A DNA stretch of 64,000 nt from Paramoeba atlantica (Eukaryota > Protista > Discosea): NCBI GenBank assembly GCA_977017575.1, contig CDRNVI010000078.1, forward strand, positions 1 to 64,000, in the 5' to 3' direction. The position numbers were made by a program, and so were the translations under genes. This document shows, piece after piece, positions 1 to 11,399 of this stretch (position 1 is its first letter; each line of letters begins with the position of its first letter). Under the pieces are notes generated by a model. The model made no database searches. It was not told where the DNA came from and saw only the letters and a program-made list of their open reading frames with translations.

Positions 1-1400
1 GGAATTCCCGAGAGATCGAATGTGCCGAGAAGGTGGCAGTCGCGTGTCATCGCGCGCTCACCCTCGAACACCTGGATATGCACCCCCGGTTGGTTGTCGC
101 TGTACGTGGAGAAGGTCTGGCTCTTCTTGGTCGGGATCGTCGTGTTGCGCTTGATCAGGGACGTCATGACACCCCCGGCGGTTTCGATACCCAACGTCAG
201 CGGGGCGACATCCAGGAGAAGAAGTCCCTCCGTCTGCTTACTCTTCCCGCCGGTGAGGATGTAGGCTTGCACCGCGGCACCGTACGCCACAGCCTCGTCC
301 GGGTTAATACTCTTGTTGAGTTCCTTTCCGCCAAAGAAGTCGGAGACGAGCTGCTGCACCTTGGGAATACGAGTCGAACCACCGACCAGAACCACGTCGT
401 GCACCGTGCGCTTGTCGATCTTCGCATCCGTCAGGACTTGTTCCACCGGCTTGAGTGTGGAGCGGAAGAGGTCCGCGCAAAGCTCCTCGAATCGCGCACG
501 GGTGATGCTCGTGTAGAAGTCAATCCCCTCAAAAAGAGAGTCAATCTCCACGGAACTCTGAGCCGCGGAAGACAGAGTACGCTTGGCTCGCTCGCACGCG
601 GTGCGAAGACGGCGTAGTGCTCGCTGGTTCTGCGACAGATCCTTCTTGTGCTTTCGCTTAAATTCCTCGACAAAGTGGTTCACGAGACGGTTGTCAAAGT
701 CCTCACCACCGAGATGGGTGTCTCCCGCCGTGGCCTTGACCTCGAAGATTCCACCATCGATGGTGAGCAGAGTGACGTCAAAGGTGCCGCCTCCGAGATC
801 AAAGATGAGTACGTTCCGTTCTTGTTGGTCCGAGATCTTATCCAGGCCGTACGCAATCGCCGCCGCCGTGGGCTCGTTGATGATTCGAAGCACTTCCAGT
901 CCGGCAATCGAGCCCGCGTCCTTCGTGGCCTGTCGTTGGGAGTCGTTGAAGTACGCCGGGACGGTGACCACCGCCTTCTTGACCTCCTTACCGAGATATG
1001 CCTCCGCAATCTCCTTCATCTTAATCAACACCATGGAGCTAATCTCCTCCGGCGTGAAGGTCTTTGCCTCGCCCTTGTACTGGACCTCCATCACGGGCTT
1101 CTCGTCCCCCTGGGAACGTACCTTAAAGGGCCAGTGCTTCATGTCGCTCTGAACAACGGAGTCGGAGACCTTACGCCCGATTAACCGCTTCGCATCAAAC
1201 ACACTGTTGGTCGGATTCATCGCTACCTGGTTCTTCGCGGCATCCCCAATCAGACGTTCAGTGTCCGTGAAGGCCACGTAGGACGGAGTCGTGTAGTTCC
1301 CCTGGTCATTCGCAATGATTACCACACGCTCGTTCTGCCACACCCCAACACAGGAGTAGGTGGTCCCGAGATCGATACCAATAGCTCCTTCGTACGTCAT
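1..1400 (-). CDS. HSP70: Cytosolic heat shock protein 70, partial (3' end runs off the window)
   Basis: ATG at 1400 on the minus strand reads [26 protein letters not shown]...; hallmark motifs [28 protein letters not shown] and [12 protein letters not shown] are present. [18 protein letters not shown] and [14 protein letters not shown] are kinetoplastid-like. Absent from the ORF track because there is no stop in the window. Confidence 0.97.
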   Translation of the reverse strand, partial: MTYEGAIGIDLGTTYSCVGVWQNERVVIIANDQGNYTTPSYVAFTDTERLIGDAAKNQVAMNPTNSVFDAKRLIGRKVSDSVVQSDMKHWPFKVRSQGDEKPVMEVQYKGEAKTFTPEEISSMVLIKMKEIAEAYLGKEVKKAVVTVPAYFNDSQRQATKDAGSIAGLEVLRIINEPTAAAIAYGLDKISDQQERNVLIFDLGGGTFDVTLLTIDGGIFEVKATAGDTHLGGEDFDNRLVNHFVEEFKRKHKKDLSQNQRALRRLRTACERAKRTLSSAAQSSVEIDSLFEGIDFYTSITRARFEELCADLFRSTLKPVEQVLTDAKIDKRTVHDVVLVGGSTRIPKVQQLVSDFFGGKELNKSINPDEAVAYGAAVQAYILTGGKSKQTEGLLLLDVAPLTLGIETAGGVMTSLIKRNTTIPTKKSQTFSTYSDNQPGVHIQVFEGERAMTRDCHLLGTFDLSGI

Positions 1401-1559
1401 CAAGTTAATAATAAAGTGGAGAGATATGCAAAAGCAATGAAGCTATAGAATTAACTACATTTGAATTCATGTTCCAACTAACAGACGTAATCATGCGTGA
1501 TATCGGGCGCGTAGTGGTCTTTTTTAAAATATGGATAATAAACTGAATTTCGGAGCGAT

Positions 1560-2549
1560 TCAGTACGATGATTGTCTGGAAGGTCTCTCCGAATCTAGTT
1601 TGTAGTTTGTAAAGCTTTCTGAATCAGAGCACCCTTCAGAGTCACCTGCGCTGCTGGAAAGGCCTTCAGAGGCGTACGAACGGGAAGAACCGCTTTTTGA
1701 ATCATAACTACGAAGGGAAGAACTTTCGGACTCGTACTTACGACGTGAAGGACTTTGAGAATCATATCTGCGATGACATAGAGGACACCTCGATCGCTTG
1801 CGATGTTGTCTCGGAAGACTGACAGAATCGTATCGAGGAAGATGCCTTGAGGAACTTTCAGAATCATACCGACGACGACGTTTCTGAGGACTTTCAGAAT
1901 CATACCGACGACGACGTTTCTGAGGACTTTCAGAATCATAACGACGACGACGTTTCTGAGGACTTTCAGAACGTTTGCGAGGACGACGTGAGAAAGGCTC
2001 AGAATCACTACGGCTATGTAACGCACGTTCACGTAAACCGAGTGGAGCACCTCCTTTTTGTTCCACCCGAATTCGACTTCTACCAATCTCTCGATTCCTC
2101 ATATCGAAGGCGAGTGCCTGCTCACGAGCAGAAGCAAACCCCACAAAGGCATAGGCGCTTCCACCTTCCTTGCGACTGAAATAAGTAACGGGCCCAACAT
2201 TGCTCTCAAAAAAGCTAATAAGCTCCTTGTTTGTAGTTTGGGGCCGAATGCTACCCACGAATACTTGATGAGATTTCTGACCTGTGCCTCGTCGATTACT
2301 GCTCTCTGGATCACTCTTGATTTCTACTCGAATAGGTAAATCATTAAAATTACGTCCCGTATACTTGAGTGCTTGATCGCGAGAAGAGACTTTGTCGAAA
2401 CCGATAATACCAAAAGTGTCCACTCCATTGTCTTTCAAGTAGAGATGATCAACGTTTCCACACTCACCAAAAAAATTACGTACCTCATTCTTTGTTACAC
2501 CCGAGGGCATTCCCCACACGCAAATCTTCTGCTCATCGGGGGTTCCCAT
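1560..2549 (-). CDS. RNA-binding protein with two RRM domains and an Arg/Ser-rich tail (SR-like)
   Basis: RNP2/RNP1-like motifs ICVWGM/TFGIIGF and VFVGSI/AYAFVGF, followed by an R/S/D-rich low-complexity tail. Confidence 0.85.
   Translation of the reverse strand: MGTPDEQKICVWGMPSGVTKNEVRNFFGECGNVDHLYLKDNGVDTFGIIGFDKVSSRDQALKYTGRNFNDLPIRVEIKSDPESSNRRGTGQKSHQVFVGSIRPQTTNKELISFFESNVGPVTYFSRKEGGSAYAFVGFASAREQALAFDMRNREIGRSRIRVEQKGGAPLGLRERALHSRSDSEPFSRRPRKRSESPQKRRRRYDSESPQKRRRRYDSESPQKRRRRYDSESSSRHLPRYDSVSLPRQHRKRSRCPLCHRRYDSQSPSRRKYESESSSLRSYDSKSGSSRSYASEGLSSSAGDSEGCSDSESFTNYKLDSERPSRQSSY
1849..1975. repeat. Coding 36-bp tandem repeat, about 3.5 copies
   Basis: Unit GAGGACTTTCAGAATCATACCGACGACGACGTTTCT encodes SESPQKRRRRYD on the minus strand. 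Confidence 0.95.
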
Positions 2550-2693
2550 AGAAAGAGTAATAATTCAAAAGTTCATATTGATGTGAAAAATAGTGCAACC
2601 AGATTTTTGCTGTAGAGAATCGTACAGAAAAGATTTGCTTCCTTTTTTTTTGCCTCCATAGCCTATAAAGAAACCTATAACGTCTACTGACCA

Positions 2694-3305
2694 CTACCTA
2701 TTCACTATTTGAGTTCCGAACCACCTTTTGTCTTTTAAAGATTGGGGTAGTTTCTTGATAATCACTTCTCCATAAAGCTTCCGATTGCCGTTAAGAGAAA
2801 TTCCTATTAAACCTTCATGTAAATAAGAAAAATCGACCAGTCCTTCGAAATGATTCTCACGCAGAAAAAGCTCTTTCAAACTGACGGGCAATTGACATAA
2901 GTTTACCTCACCTACAAATAAATTGGATGACAAGGCCACTATTTCGATGCGGGAAGGCAACATTTCCAACTCTACTGTTCCGCTTAGGTAATTGTGAGAC
3001 ATCAGTAGTTCAGTTACCGAATCGGGCAGGAATGCCATGCGAATATTACCTTTAAGATCCTTTGTCACTTGTATAAGCTTCACTACATTGCCAGCTTCGT
3101 CAACCCTTACTCCACGCCACTCATTCAATGCAACATCAGTTTTCCAAGAATGATGCGGATTACTTATCCCAGCAAAAAACCGAAGCAGTTGGTTTTCTTG
3201 GGGTAAATTCGCGCCGCGTACTCTAGCAAGACGGGAGCAACGATTGCTTGCTTCAGAAAAAAGAAAAGAGTTCACAAAAATTGTCAATGTGCGCAACACC
3301 AGCAT
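2694..3305 (-). CDS. Leucine-rich repeat protein with a putative signal peptide
   Basis: Likely start at the Met at 3305 (MLVLRTLTIF). An LRRNT-like cap (W...EWRGVRVD) precedes repeats of the type LP.SL..L.L..N.F.G.VD. The longer 258-aa ORF start lies in AT-rich leader sequence. Confidence 0.8.
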   Translation of the reverse strand: MLVLRTLTIFVNSFLFSEASNRCSRLARVRGANLPQENQLLRFFAGISNPHHSWKTDVALNEWRGVRVDEAGNVVKLIQVTKDLKGNIRMAFLPDSVTELLMSHNYLSGTVELEMLPSRIEIVALSSNLFVGEVNLCQLPVSLKELFLRENHFEGLVDFSYLHEGLIGISLNGNRKLYGEVIIKKLPQSLKDKRWFGTQIVNR

Positions 3306-3693
3306 TCTAAAAATCTGTAAAAAAAGTAGATAAAAAGTTTTATTAAAGTACTTTTCTGACCTTTTTGTATGAAATTTCATTAAGATCACTCTACTAATAC
3401 TGTTTTCATAAACGACTAACAAAACATTAGCTTCACAAAGTATAGGAAAGCTGTAAAATAAAAAGAACAAACTTCCTTACAAAAACAAAACAAGTGCAGG
3501 CACTCAACCCACGTGACCCGTAGTATACAAACTGATCTCAAATTTACAATCAACGTCAATCATATTGTTACATCCATTCGTTAAAAACAAAAATAAAACC
3601 AACCAAAAAAAGCAGGGCACGAGCACACCCCTTTCCACCCTGTCGTCCCCCCCCCTCCTAGCTCGTTGCGTGGCCGTGTACCCCCCGGGGCTA

Positions 3694-5667
3694 CTAGCGG
3701 TACTCCGGCAGGTAGTGCGGGGGGGCTGCGGGGTGACTGCTGTCGTAGGCCTCCGTCCCCGGGCTGGGGCCGAGCCCCGGGTTCGTCCCCGGCCCGGACC
3801 CGTAGGCCATCACGCGGGGGGGGTGCGCCCCGGCCTCCCGCACGCCGTGGGGAGGGGGGTGGGGGTAGCCCCCCCCGGGGTAGCGCGAGCCCTCGAGGGC
3901 TCCGTAGGGTACGACGTGGAGGGGTTGGCCGGTGTGGGGGTCGTACAGCACCCGCGGGGGGGCAGGCCGTGGGTGGGGCGCCCCCTCGGGGGTCTTCGAG
4001 CCCATGAAGTCTTTGGGGCCAAGCCCCCAGAGGGAGGGACTCCCGGGGAGCGCACGGTGTCGGGTCTCCCAGGAGGGGTGTGGGGGGAAGGGGTCGATGG
4101 GGGAGGCGATGGGGGGGAGGTGCGAGGCCCCCGGGGGGTTGCGCTCACTGTGGGGGGCGGTGGGGTGGGGAGTCCCGTAGTGCGTAGTGGGGTGCGGTGG
4201 GGTGGGGTAGTGTTGTTGTCGCTCGGGATGGGACTCACGTAGGCTCCAGAGGGTGGGGGTCTCGGCGGGGGCGTCGCGGTACATGGGGGGAGGAGGGCGA
4301 TGGGGTGGCCGATGGGTGCTGGGATAAGAAGCCGAGCGTGTCGGAGAGGTTTCCAAGGAATCCTGTCGCTGGTCGAGCTCACTGGGGCGTCGCTGCGTGC
4401 GGGAGGCGTCACGTTGGATCGAGGTCTCATTAAGGGTGCCATGGCGAATGCGCTCCATTGAAGAGGAATTGTCGCTTAACGTGGAAGGCTGAAGGGGATC
4501 CAGCACATCACGGGAGGACGCGGATATACGATCGTTTAAATTCAATGCGTGAACGAGATCACTTACAATAGAGTGGGTGGGGTTGGGGCGATCCGTATTT
4601 TCCGGTTCCTCCAGTGGAACTTCGGTTTCGTCGCATCCAAACACCACTTGGGGATAGCCTTCCTTCCGCTGCATCCAGGTTGCAACATACGCTGGGTAGG
4701 ATAATGTAACTTTGTGTGGAGGATTGCGCTCAGGCAAACGAGTAGCTTGCTCATCTAATTGAACAGGTTTGACCTTTTCAACAGTAGTGTCCTCATGACC
4801 GAAAATCCAAGATGTCTCTCCTTGTTTGTCGGATTCAAATACGGATTTCGCGGTGACGTAAAGCTTATTACTGATATTCTCGAGCTCAACATTCTCTTTT
4901 ACTCCCACAGCCTCATCTATTTCCTCAACCCATTGCTCCTTTGATGATTCGTTTATTATTGGATCGTTCACTTGCACCTCCACTGTCTGTGATAATAGTT
5001 CATTCGAGAAGTTCAAGGTTCTGGTTTCATCAGTTTCAGCATCTGCGCTTGTCCCATCGATTTCTCTTTCTGTAAGTGTTTTTGCGACAGATCTTTGTAA
5101 GGCCTCTAAATACGATAGTTTTGCTAGTTCACGTTGCACAGGTGCTATTGGGTCATGTGTAGTCTCAGGTTCAGCGCTGGTGTGCACAGACACCGATCCG
5201 CCTTCATTAGCTTTCTTCTTGTCTCCAAGAGTATGCTCCGTGTGACCGAAACGTAATTTTTGATGTCTATCAGCAAAGCGATTTACTTTGCCATTCCAAT
5301 CTATTTGCCGCGCCTCTCCGTAAGCCCTATGTCTACTATTATTCGTATGATGTCGTCCAGTACGCAATGTTTTTGTTTTTTCTTGGTCCGACATTTGCGT
5401 CTCCTTAGGTGTTTTCTGAGACTTCGTGGCAGACTGTGCCTCACGTGAAAGCGCATTAGGGACAGAAGAGTCTACGCTTTCTCTACCACCTCTACGAGAA
5501 ACGAATGGCCTTGCGCGATCAGAAATCTGTGTAATTCGAGAAGCGGTCCGGGCTGAAGACACTTCACATACCTCACCGTGATCCCTTCCTTCATATTTTT
5601 GAGATTGTGCAGAGCCTCTAGTGCGCCCTCGCGAACTATACCGGTACCCGCGTTCTTGATATGACAT
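3694..5667 (-). CDS. Hypothetical low-complexity protein with a Pro/His/Gly-rich C-terminus
   Basis: Long ORF on the host-gene strand; likely start MSYQERG at 5667; no recognisable domain. Confidence 0.65.
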   Translation of the reverse strand: MSYQERGYRYSSRGRTRGSAQSQKYEGRDHGEVCEVSSARTASRITQISDRARPFVSRRGGRESVDSSVPNALSREAQSATKSQKTPKETQMSDQEKTKTLRTGRHHTNNSRHRAYGEARQIDWNGKVNRFADRHQKLRFGHTEHTLGDKKKANEGGSVSVHTSAEPETTHDPIAPVQRELAKLSYLEALQRSVAKTLTEREIDGTSADAETDETRTLNFSNELLSQTVEVQVNDPIINESSKEQWVEEIDEAVGVKENVELENISNKLYVTAKSVFESDKQGETSWIFGHEDTTVEKVKPVQLDEQATRLPERNPPHKVTLSYPAYVATWMQRKEGYPQVVFGCDETEVPLEEPENTDRPNPTHSIVSDLVHALNLNDRISASSRDVLDPLQPSTLSDNSSSMERIRHGTLNETSIQRDASRTQRRPSELDQRQDSLETSPTRSASYPSTHRPPHRPPPPMYRDAPAETPTLWSLRESHPERQQHYPTPPHPTTHYGTPHPTAPHSERNPPGASHLPPIASPIDPFPPHPSWETRHRALPGSPSLWGLGPKDFMGSKTPEGAPHPRPAPPRVLYDPHTGQPLHVVPYGALEGSRYPGGGYPHPPPHGVREAGAHPPRVMAYGSGPGTNPGLGPSPGTEAYDSSHPAAPPHYLPEYR

Positions 5668-6036
5668 GGAGGCTGGAGGGGGCAATAAAAAATAAATTAA
5701 AAGATATAAATAAAAAAGATAAATAAAATAAATTTTTATAAATAAAAAGGATGGTAACACTTGCATAAAGTTGTGCAGGGGGAAGCTAATACGGGATTCT
5801 TCATCTCAGATGAAAGGCAGAAACTCCTTCAAGGGCGAACTAGCTCGGTCCAGCTAGAAGAACAATTTGTCCGTCGCCATCACACACGAGGATTTTGGAG
5901 AATACATTACGTGTAGACACACCGAAACACTGCCTTCAGTGTCTCTTCAAGAGCTTTTTCTTTATGTATAAAGTTGCTAGTCTTGCCCCCCCCCCAATGG
6001 ACATACATGATTCGCGTACTGGGTAATATGCACCTA

Positions 6037-6354
6037 CCGTATACCCCCCCCCCAGTAAGATACCCCCCCAGTAAGAGAGATTTGGCCCTTTTTGGGCTGA
6101 CCCCCAGTAAGAGAGATTTGGCTCGGGAGCCCCAGAGGGGGCGTATAGGGGGTAGGGGGTGGGTGACTGCATGTTGGGGGCCTCGGGGGTAACCCAAAAA
6201 AGCGTTTTAACACGTTTTCAGAAGAAAAAATAGAAAAAATAGTCAAAAAAGTTGGGAGAAAAGAGGAAACTGGCCAAAAAAGCATACCCCCCCAGTAAGA
6301 GAGATTTGGCCATTTCGACCCAAAACCCATTCTCTTACTGGGGGGGGTATACGG
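6037..6354. mobile_element. MITE family C, copy 1 (318 bp)
   Basis: TIR CCGTATACCCCCCCC..CAGTAAGA / TCTTACTGGGGGGGGTATACGG, TA on both sides, internal CAGTAAGAGAGATTTGGC repeats. Inverted relative at 45030-45391 and a fragment near 27045-27100. Confidence 0.9.
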
Positions 6355-6915
6355 TAGTATAGAGGCGATGCCGCGTTTCATACACACTCCCCATTATTCA
6401 CGAAAAAAAGAGATGAGAAGCATGCCTTCATGAGAAGCACACCTCCCCAATCCCTGGTTCACCTTTGCTCCCGCCTGGATGATTTCCTTATGACCGCAAT
6501 AGAAGCAACTATCTGCCCCCTCGACGAGTCAGCGCGATCCCAAGTGCAACGTATGAAGAGGGGGGCCCGGCCTCAGATCCGCAGCCCAACGCGCCACAGC
6601 GGCTTACGTTACATCCGTCGCCTTTGCCGCTGAAAAAGATTCTTGTTTTTTTCTTTGTTGGGACCCCACCGACGCTGAAGGATTCGTCGAGTCCGTTCAA
6701 AACATCAACTTGAAGGCTGTAACTTCTCTACTCGATCCCCCAACTCTCCATGCGAGAAAGCTATCAACGCACCGTACTTCTATAGGAAGAGAAAACGCCC
6801 CTCGCCAGGAAATGATCCCCCCTCGGACGAGTCTCCCGGACAAGCTCTTCGAACGACGTTCCGCACTGCGAATACGCCCGCGGACGCTTATCGACGCACT
6901 CTCCACCCCACTCTA

Positions 6916-7550
6916 CAGGGGGGGCCACGAAAACTGACAAGGTCCGCATTTTAGCGTCCTGAGGCCGTTTGAGCTGATTTTTGTTGCAAACGAGAGATCT
7001 CGTTCTGAATATCGTGTCTACGCTATTTGGAGCCCGTTTCTGCTAATCAAAAAAAAAATACTTACAAAATATTGAAATTTTGGGCAAAATATTTTGCAAA
7101 AAGTATCGAAAAACGTAAAAAAGGCTATTTTTTCTTCTTTTTACCTTGCTATGGGCAAACGGAATAGACTAAACCGTCGCCAGCTATCACCAGAACAGTG
7201 TTCATATCCTGTGCGCATTGTCTGCGCACACGAAAGACACCGTGGGACATCTATTCCGGATACGGCACGTATGATGAACTGTTCAGAGAGCTCTGTCTCT
7301 CGGTACAAAGCGCGTTTTGATGAGTCAGGTGACGTGGCACGTGCACCCTACTCGCGCGATAACGGCGTTGATACGGAGGAGTTCCGAGCCATGCTCTGTG
7401 CTATTGTTGATGCTGAGCGAGGCACACAATTCGGGTGTCCGGGGTTTAAATGGGTACATAAGAGAGTGGATAAAGTACTTTATCCATGTAGTCTAAACAC
7501 CGTGAAACGGAGAGAAATGCGGACCTTGTCAGTTTTCGTGGCCCCCCCTG
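6916..7550 (+). mobile_element. Internally deleted Tc1-like element (635 bp)
   Basis: TIR CAGGGGGGGCCACGAAAACTGACAAGGTCCGCATTT at both ends with TA TSD. The truncated HTH ORF (ARMMNCSESSVSRYKARF...) is nearly identical to 22639-22920. Confidence 0.92.
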
Positions 7551-8308
7551 TATGGTTCGAAAGAATGTAGAGACATGTTATTCCCCAAAAGGAAAGATCC
7601 CGTGTCAACGAGAAATCAGCTGTGCAATAGCTGCCCACACCTTCTCCCAGGGGTATGAAGCAAAGGACGCACGCACCCAGGCAAAGTGGATTTCTAAGTG
7701 TGGATCACTAGAAATGGAAATCTTAAAAAAATTATCATTCTATGTGGCGAAAACTCTTAAAAAATTATCAACTTATTTTCATGTTTTAGACCGTACTTTC
7801 GTATTCATTTTTCAATGACTTCTCGATCACTAAAAAAGAAGCGCCCATTAGATGAATCGGGCTCTATAACTGTTGTTTACAAGCTTTGGAGGACGACCTT
7901 CTTCCAAGTGAACTGCGGTAGACAGAAGCTACACTAGGTCATTAATAATGATAATAACCTCAAAAAAGTATCATTCTTGAGGATAATAATTATCATTATT
8001 AACGGTATTAATGACAGGTGGAGTAGTCTTATCGGGAAAGCTATCGGAAAATTCCAGTATCTCTTGAAACTGCTTCATTGGGACACGTTTTAAGCACCTA
8101 AAATGCTTTTCCTAGAGAGACTCTACCGCTCCCGTTATTCGTAATTTTTATGAATAAAAAATAAAAAAAGTATCCGCCTCGTACGATTGAGTCAGTACTT
8201 TTACCTCATTGAATCATCACAACTTCCCCAACGAGGACGCGTCATCGCTTCCTACATTTCGCTTTAGAAAACAGCTTACTTTTTTATTTGTAATGGATTT
8301 TTCCTGTA

Positions 8309-10329
8309 TTATGACCCCCCCCCCTTTAATACGGACAGATTTTTGGACTTTGTGCGTATTAAAGGGGGGGGGGTACTAAAGATGAGAAAATGATTTCTTT
8401 TGATGAAATAGGTGAAAGTGATGAAATATTTCATCCAATTTCGTTCCACAAAAATATTAAAATTTTCTTTTTTCATACCCTAACTAGTAAACTAGTAATT
8501 ACTAATTTACTACTAATGGGCTAGTAATTACTATAGTAATTACTATGACTTACTACTTTTTTTGATATGTACAAAAGTTTAAATCGTTACAGAGTATGGG
8601 CTGACCGATGTGTATAAAGTGGTTACGATCGTTACTTTACCTTTTAACGAATGTTGCTAGGCCTTGGAAAACCACGAGGGGGTCCCAACCTCAGTTCTCC
8701 TCTTTAAGTTGTGTCCAACTTTCGGAGACGGTATCTTCTCTTATAGAAACAGTATCTTCGTCTATGGAGTAGATTTACTATTCATACCCCTTGTATATTC
8801 GGTAACGATAGGTACGATAGAACATGCACCTACCTACAAGTGGATTGAGGTTAAACATTGTTCACATGGGAAAAACAAGATAAACCGAATGAACGTACCT
8901 AAAAAAACCCAAGTAAACAAAGACACGGATTTATAACTACTGTCCCCCCCCGTTTAAGCGCACCTCGTTTTTCGTGAAAAGTGCGCTTAAACGGGGGGGT
9001 CTGAATCAGTACATAAAAAGTCTGCACCTCAACTCTATGTGCGCTTAAACGGGGGGTCTGATCGGGTGCGCTTAAGGGGAGGGGGGACAGTATATCATAA
9101 AGCATGTAACAAGAGTTCAACGATATATTTTCGCTCACTTACGGATTAGAGCTACTTAGATTAGAGCCAAACAAATACATTTTAAGTTCCTATTATTTTA
9201 AGTTTCCTATCTATATTGCTGCAAACGCGACCTTACATTTACAACAGGTGAAAACACGGAGACGACGGCACATGGAGAACGAACTCTAATCAAAGAATCC
9301 CCGAGCATACGAAAACCAGAGCTACCACCATCCCTCATGCTTGATCCTGTAATACCCGACGGGCAACCGACAGAATCAGGCAACATAACAGGTCGGGCGA
9401 GAACGGAGACGCGACTCGTACGAACAGGCAACCATGCCACGAGTCGAACGGGACTTACCCCCTATACAGAAGACCACTTCACACCTACATAAATCAGCCG
9501 CTGTAGCCTCAACTGCATGCTCACTTGCGAAATTTCTTCAACGGCGTCCCTCACCAAGCCACAGCCCCTCCACCAGCAGTACGCAGCCCACCACACCTCC
9601 ACGAACCTCAACGCCAGTGAAGAGCAAGAACAGCCCTCCACCACTCCACCAACTCCCGCCTCTACTCCGGGCTCACCCGACGATACAGAGTACCTTTTCC
9701 GCACAGCGCGATACATACAGGCCATGCAATGCGTTCACCCTGGCCTGCATGTCCTCGGCTTTATGCTCGAAGGAGATGGTCCCCAGGAAATCCGCCGTGA
9801 AAAAGTTGTTTGAAAACGACTTGTTCCCTAAGGAGCCCATCCCCCCGAAGGTGCCCATCCCACCATAGGTGCAGCACCCTACTTACAGACCCCAACGACC
9901 CGCTCTCCGCCGTCCACAATGCCGAATTACTGAGTGCCATATTAGCTGTCTGCATATGAGGTTGTCGGACCCCTCCCGCGCGTACCAGGGGGGGTACCCC
10001 CAGGTGGGGGGGTGGAAAGTCATCCTATTCTACCATTTCCCTGCGCTCGATTTCGAAAATCAAAATTTTAAAAATTTCAAAAAACGACGTATGCCCCCCC
10101 TGGAGCCCACCCCATGGACCCCCCATTTTTTTGATTTTTTTTTCGATTTTGGACCACCGGAGCCCTTTTATATTTTTTTCTTCTATTATATCACTGTGTT
10201 TATATTTTCACTGTTTTTGTTTACTTTTTTTTCAATAATCGAGGGTAGAGCTGTAGTTATACAACCACCACAATAATCTGTATTAAAGGGGGGAGGTCAG
10301 GGGGGTCCGTATTAAAGGGGGGGTCACAG
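8309..10329. mobile_element. TA-flanked non-autonomous element family B, copy 1, with nested inserts
   Basis: Degenerate left TIR (TT)ATGACCCCCCCCCCTTTAATACGG and right TIR CCGTATTAAAGGGGGGGTCACAG+TA. The first ~90 bp are nearly identical to 26557 onward. Confidence 0.75.
8940..9090. mobile_element. 151-bp MITE
   Basis: TIR CTGTCCCCCCCCGTTTAAGCGCACC / GGTGCGCTTAAGGGGAGGGGGGACAG, TA TSD, internal GTGCGCTTAAACGGGGGG repeats. Confidence 0.9.
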
Positions 10330-10388
10330 TATACTTTCGTTATAAACATTTTTAGTAGCTTGCTTGATAGGGCATGTGTACATGTATG

Positions 10389-11252
10389 CTAGACTTCCAG
10401 ACAGTCGCGATGAAACTTCGTCTTTTTATACAAATATGTAATTTCTGTGAAATTGTTGTAGCTTAAAAGAATACCAGTCACACCAGCTCTACAATAAGGG
10501 ACTAACAAACGACCAGTGAATTGATTTCGCGTAAGTCTTAAGCATTTTAGCGTTCGAGGGAGTGCCGTAATGTTCAACGAGCCAGTGAGAGCATTGTTAG
10601 CCGCAAGGAGCACTCGCATGCCGTGCGGAAGCTGAGTAAGATCAACATGCCCACTGAATTTGTTCCATGTCACATCGATTTTTGATATCTTCAACGGGAG
10701 ATGAGTGAGAACCAGCGGTCCGTGAAAACGATTGCGGTCCAAAAACAGGAAGCGGAGTGTTGGTGGAAGATGACAAAGATCTGCGTCAGAATCGAACTGA
10801 TTTTGGCTGAGTACCAGACGTTCCATAGAGGAGGGAAGCATGTCGAGCGCAAGTTCCCCTGAAAGTTGGTTTTCATCTGCCACAAGTCGACTCACGCGTG
10901 ACGGCAAGAGATTCAACGACAATTCACCTGTAATGCAATTTACCACCTCTAACCTTCGTCCGAGATGAAGCCACAACAAGGTGTGGGGAAGATGACTCCA
11001 AAGTAGGTTACCGTCGATGAATTTTCCGGCCCATTGCAGCTTTGTTACTTGCTTGTGACGATCACATTGTACCCCTTCCCAATGGCAGGCAGATAAATTT
11101 GTGTTCCACGATTGGGGACGACGTTTCATGCTCGTGTTCTGTAAAAAAGCCTCCAGGATATGCTCTGCCGGAAGCAAAGATCTGGAAACCTTGTGAGCCC
11201 TTCGTGGTGGCTGGCTGTCCGCTGAATTTAGTCCTGAAAGCAGTTGAAACAT
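10389..11252 (-). CDS. Leucine-rich repeat protein
   Basis: LRRNT cap (SWNTNLSACHWEGVQCD) and repeats LP..L..L.L..N.F.G.VDL. Likely start MFQLLSG at 11252. Confidence 0.85.
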   Translation of the reverse strand: MFQLLSGLNSADSQPPRRAHKVSRSLLPAEHILEAFLQNTSMKRRPQSWNTNLSACHWEGVQCDRHKQVTKLQWAGKFIDGNLLWSHLPHTLLWLHLGRRLEVVNCITGELSLNLLPSRVSRLVADENQLSGELALDMLPSSMERLVLSQNQFDSDADLCHLPPTLRFLFLDRNRFHGPLVLTHLPLKISKIDVTWNKFSGHVDLTQLPHGMRVLLAANNALTGSLNITALPRTLKCLRLTRNQFTGRLLVPYCRAGVTGILLSYNNFTEITYLYKKTKFHRDCLEV

Positions 11253-11399
11253 AATGTAGAAGGAGACCAAGTTACCGGTGACACACTTTTTAACGTAATT
11301 AAAATGTATTGAGTCCAACCTTTTAGACTTTCAAAATGTACTTTTTTTAAATTAACGTAGCATAAATTAATATACCGTCCCCCCCCTATTTACTATTTA

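Noticed and set aside
22-1184. Several plus- and minus-strand ORFs overlapping HSP70
   Set aside because: Shadow ORFs; long antisense ORFs are a well-known by-product of HSP70 codon usage.
1849-1975. Regular repeats that could suggest a CRISPR array
   Set aside because: Directly abutting in-frame 36-bp coding repeats with no unique spacers and no cas genes.
3900-3945. PRVLYDP motif in the hypothetical protein, resembling exon-junction-complex-binding motifs
   Set aside because: A short match inside a compositionally biased tail; unsupported.
7648-7657. CAGGGGTATG, resembling the right end of hAT-like #1
   Set aside because: No subterminal repeats or partner end; probably chance.
6430-7660. 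Possible disrupted ORF or retroelement remnant continuing in frame across the Tc1 insertion
   Set aside because: No RT, endonuclease or other recognisable motif, and internal stops are present.
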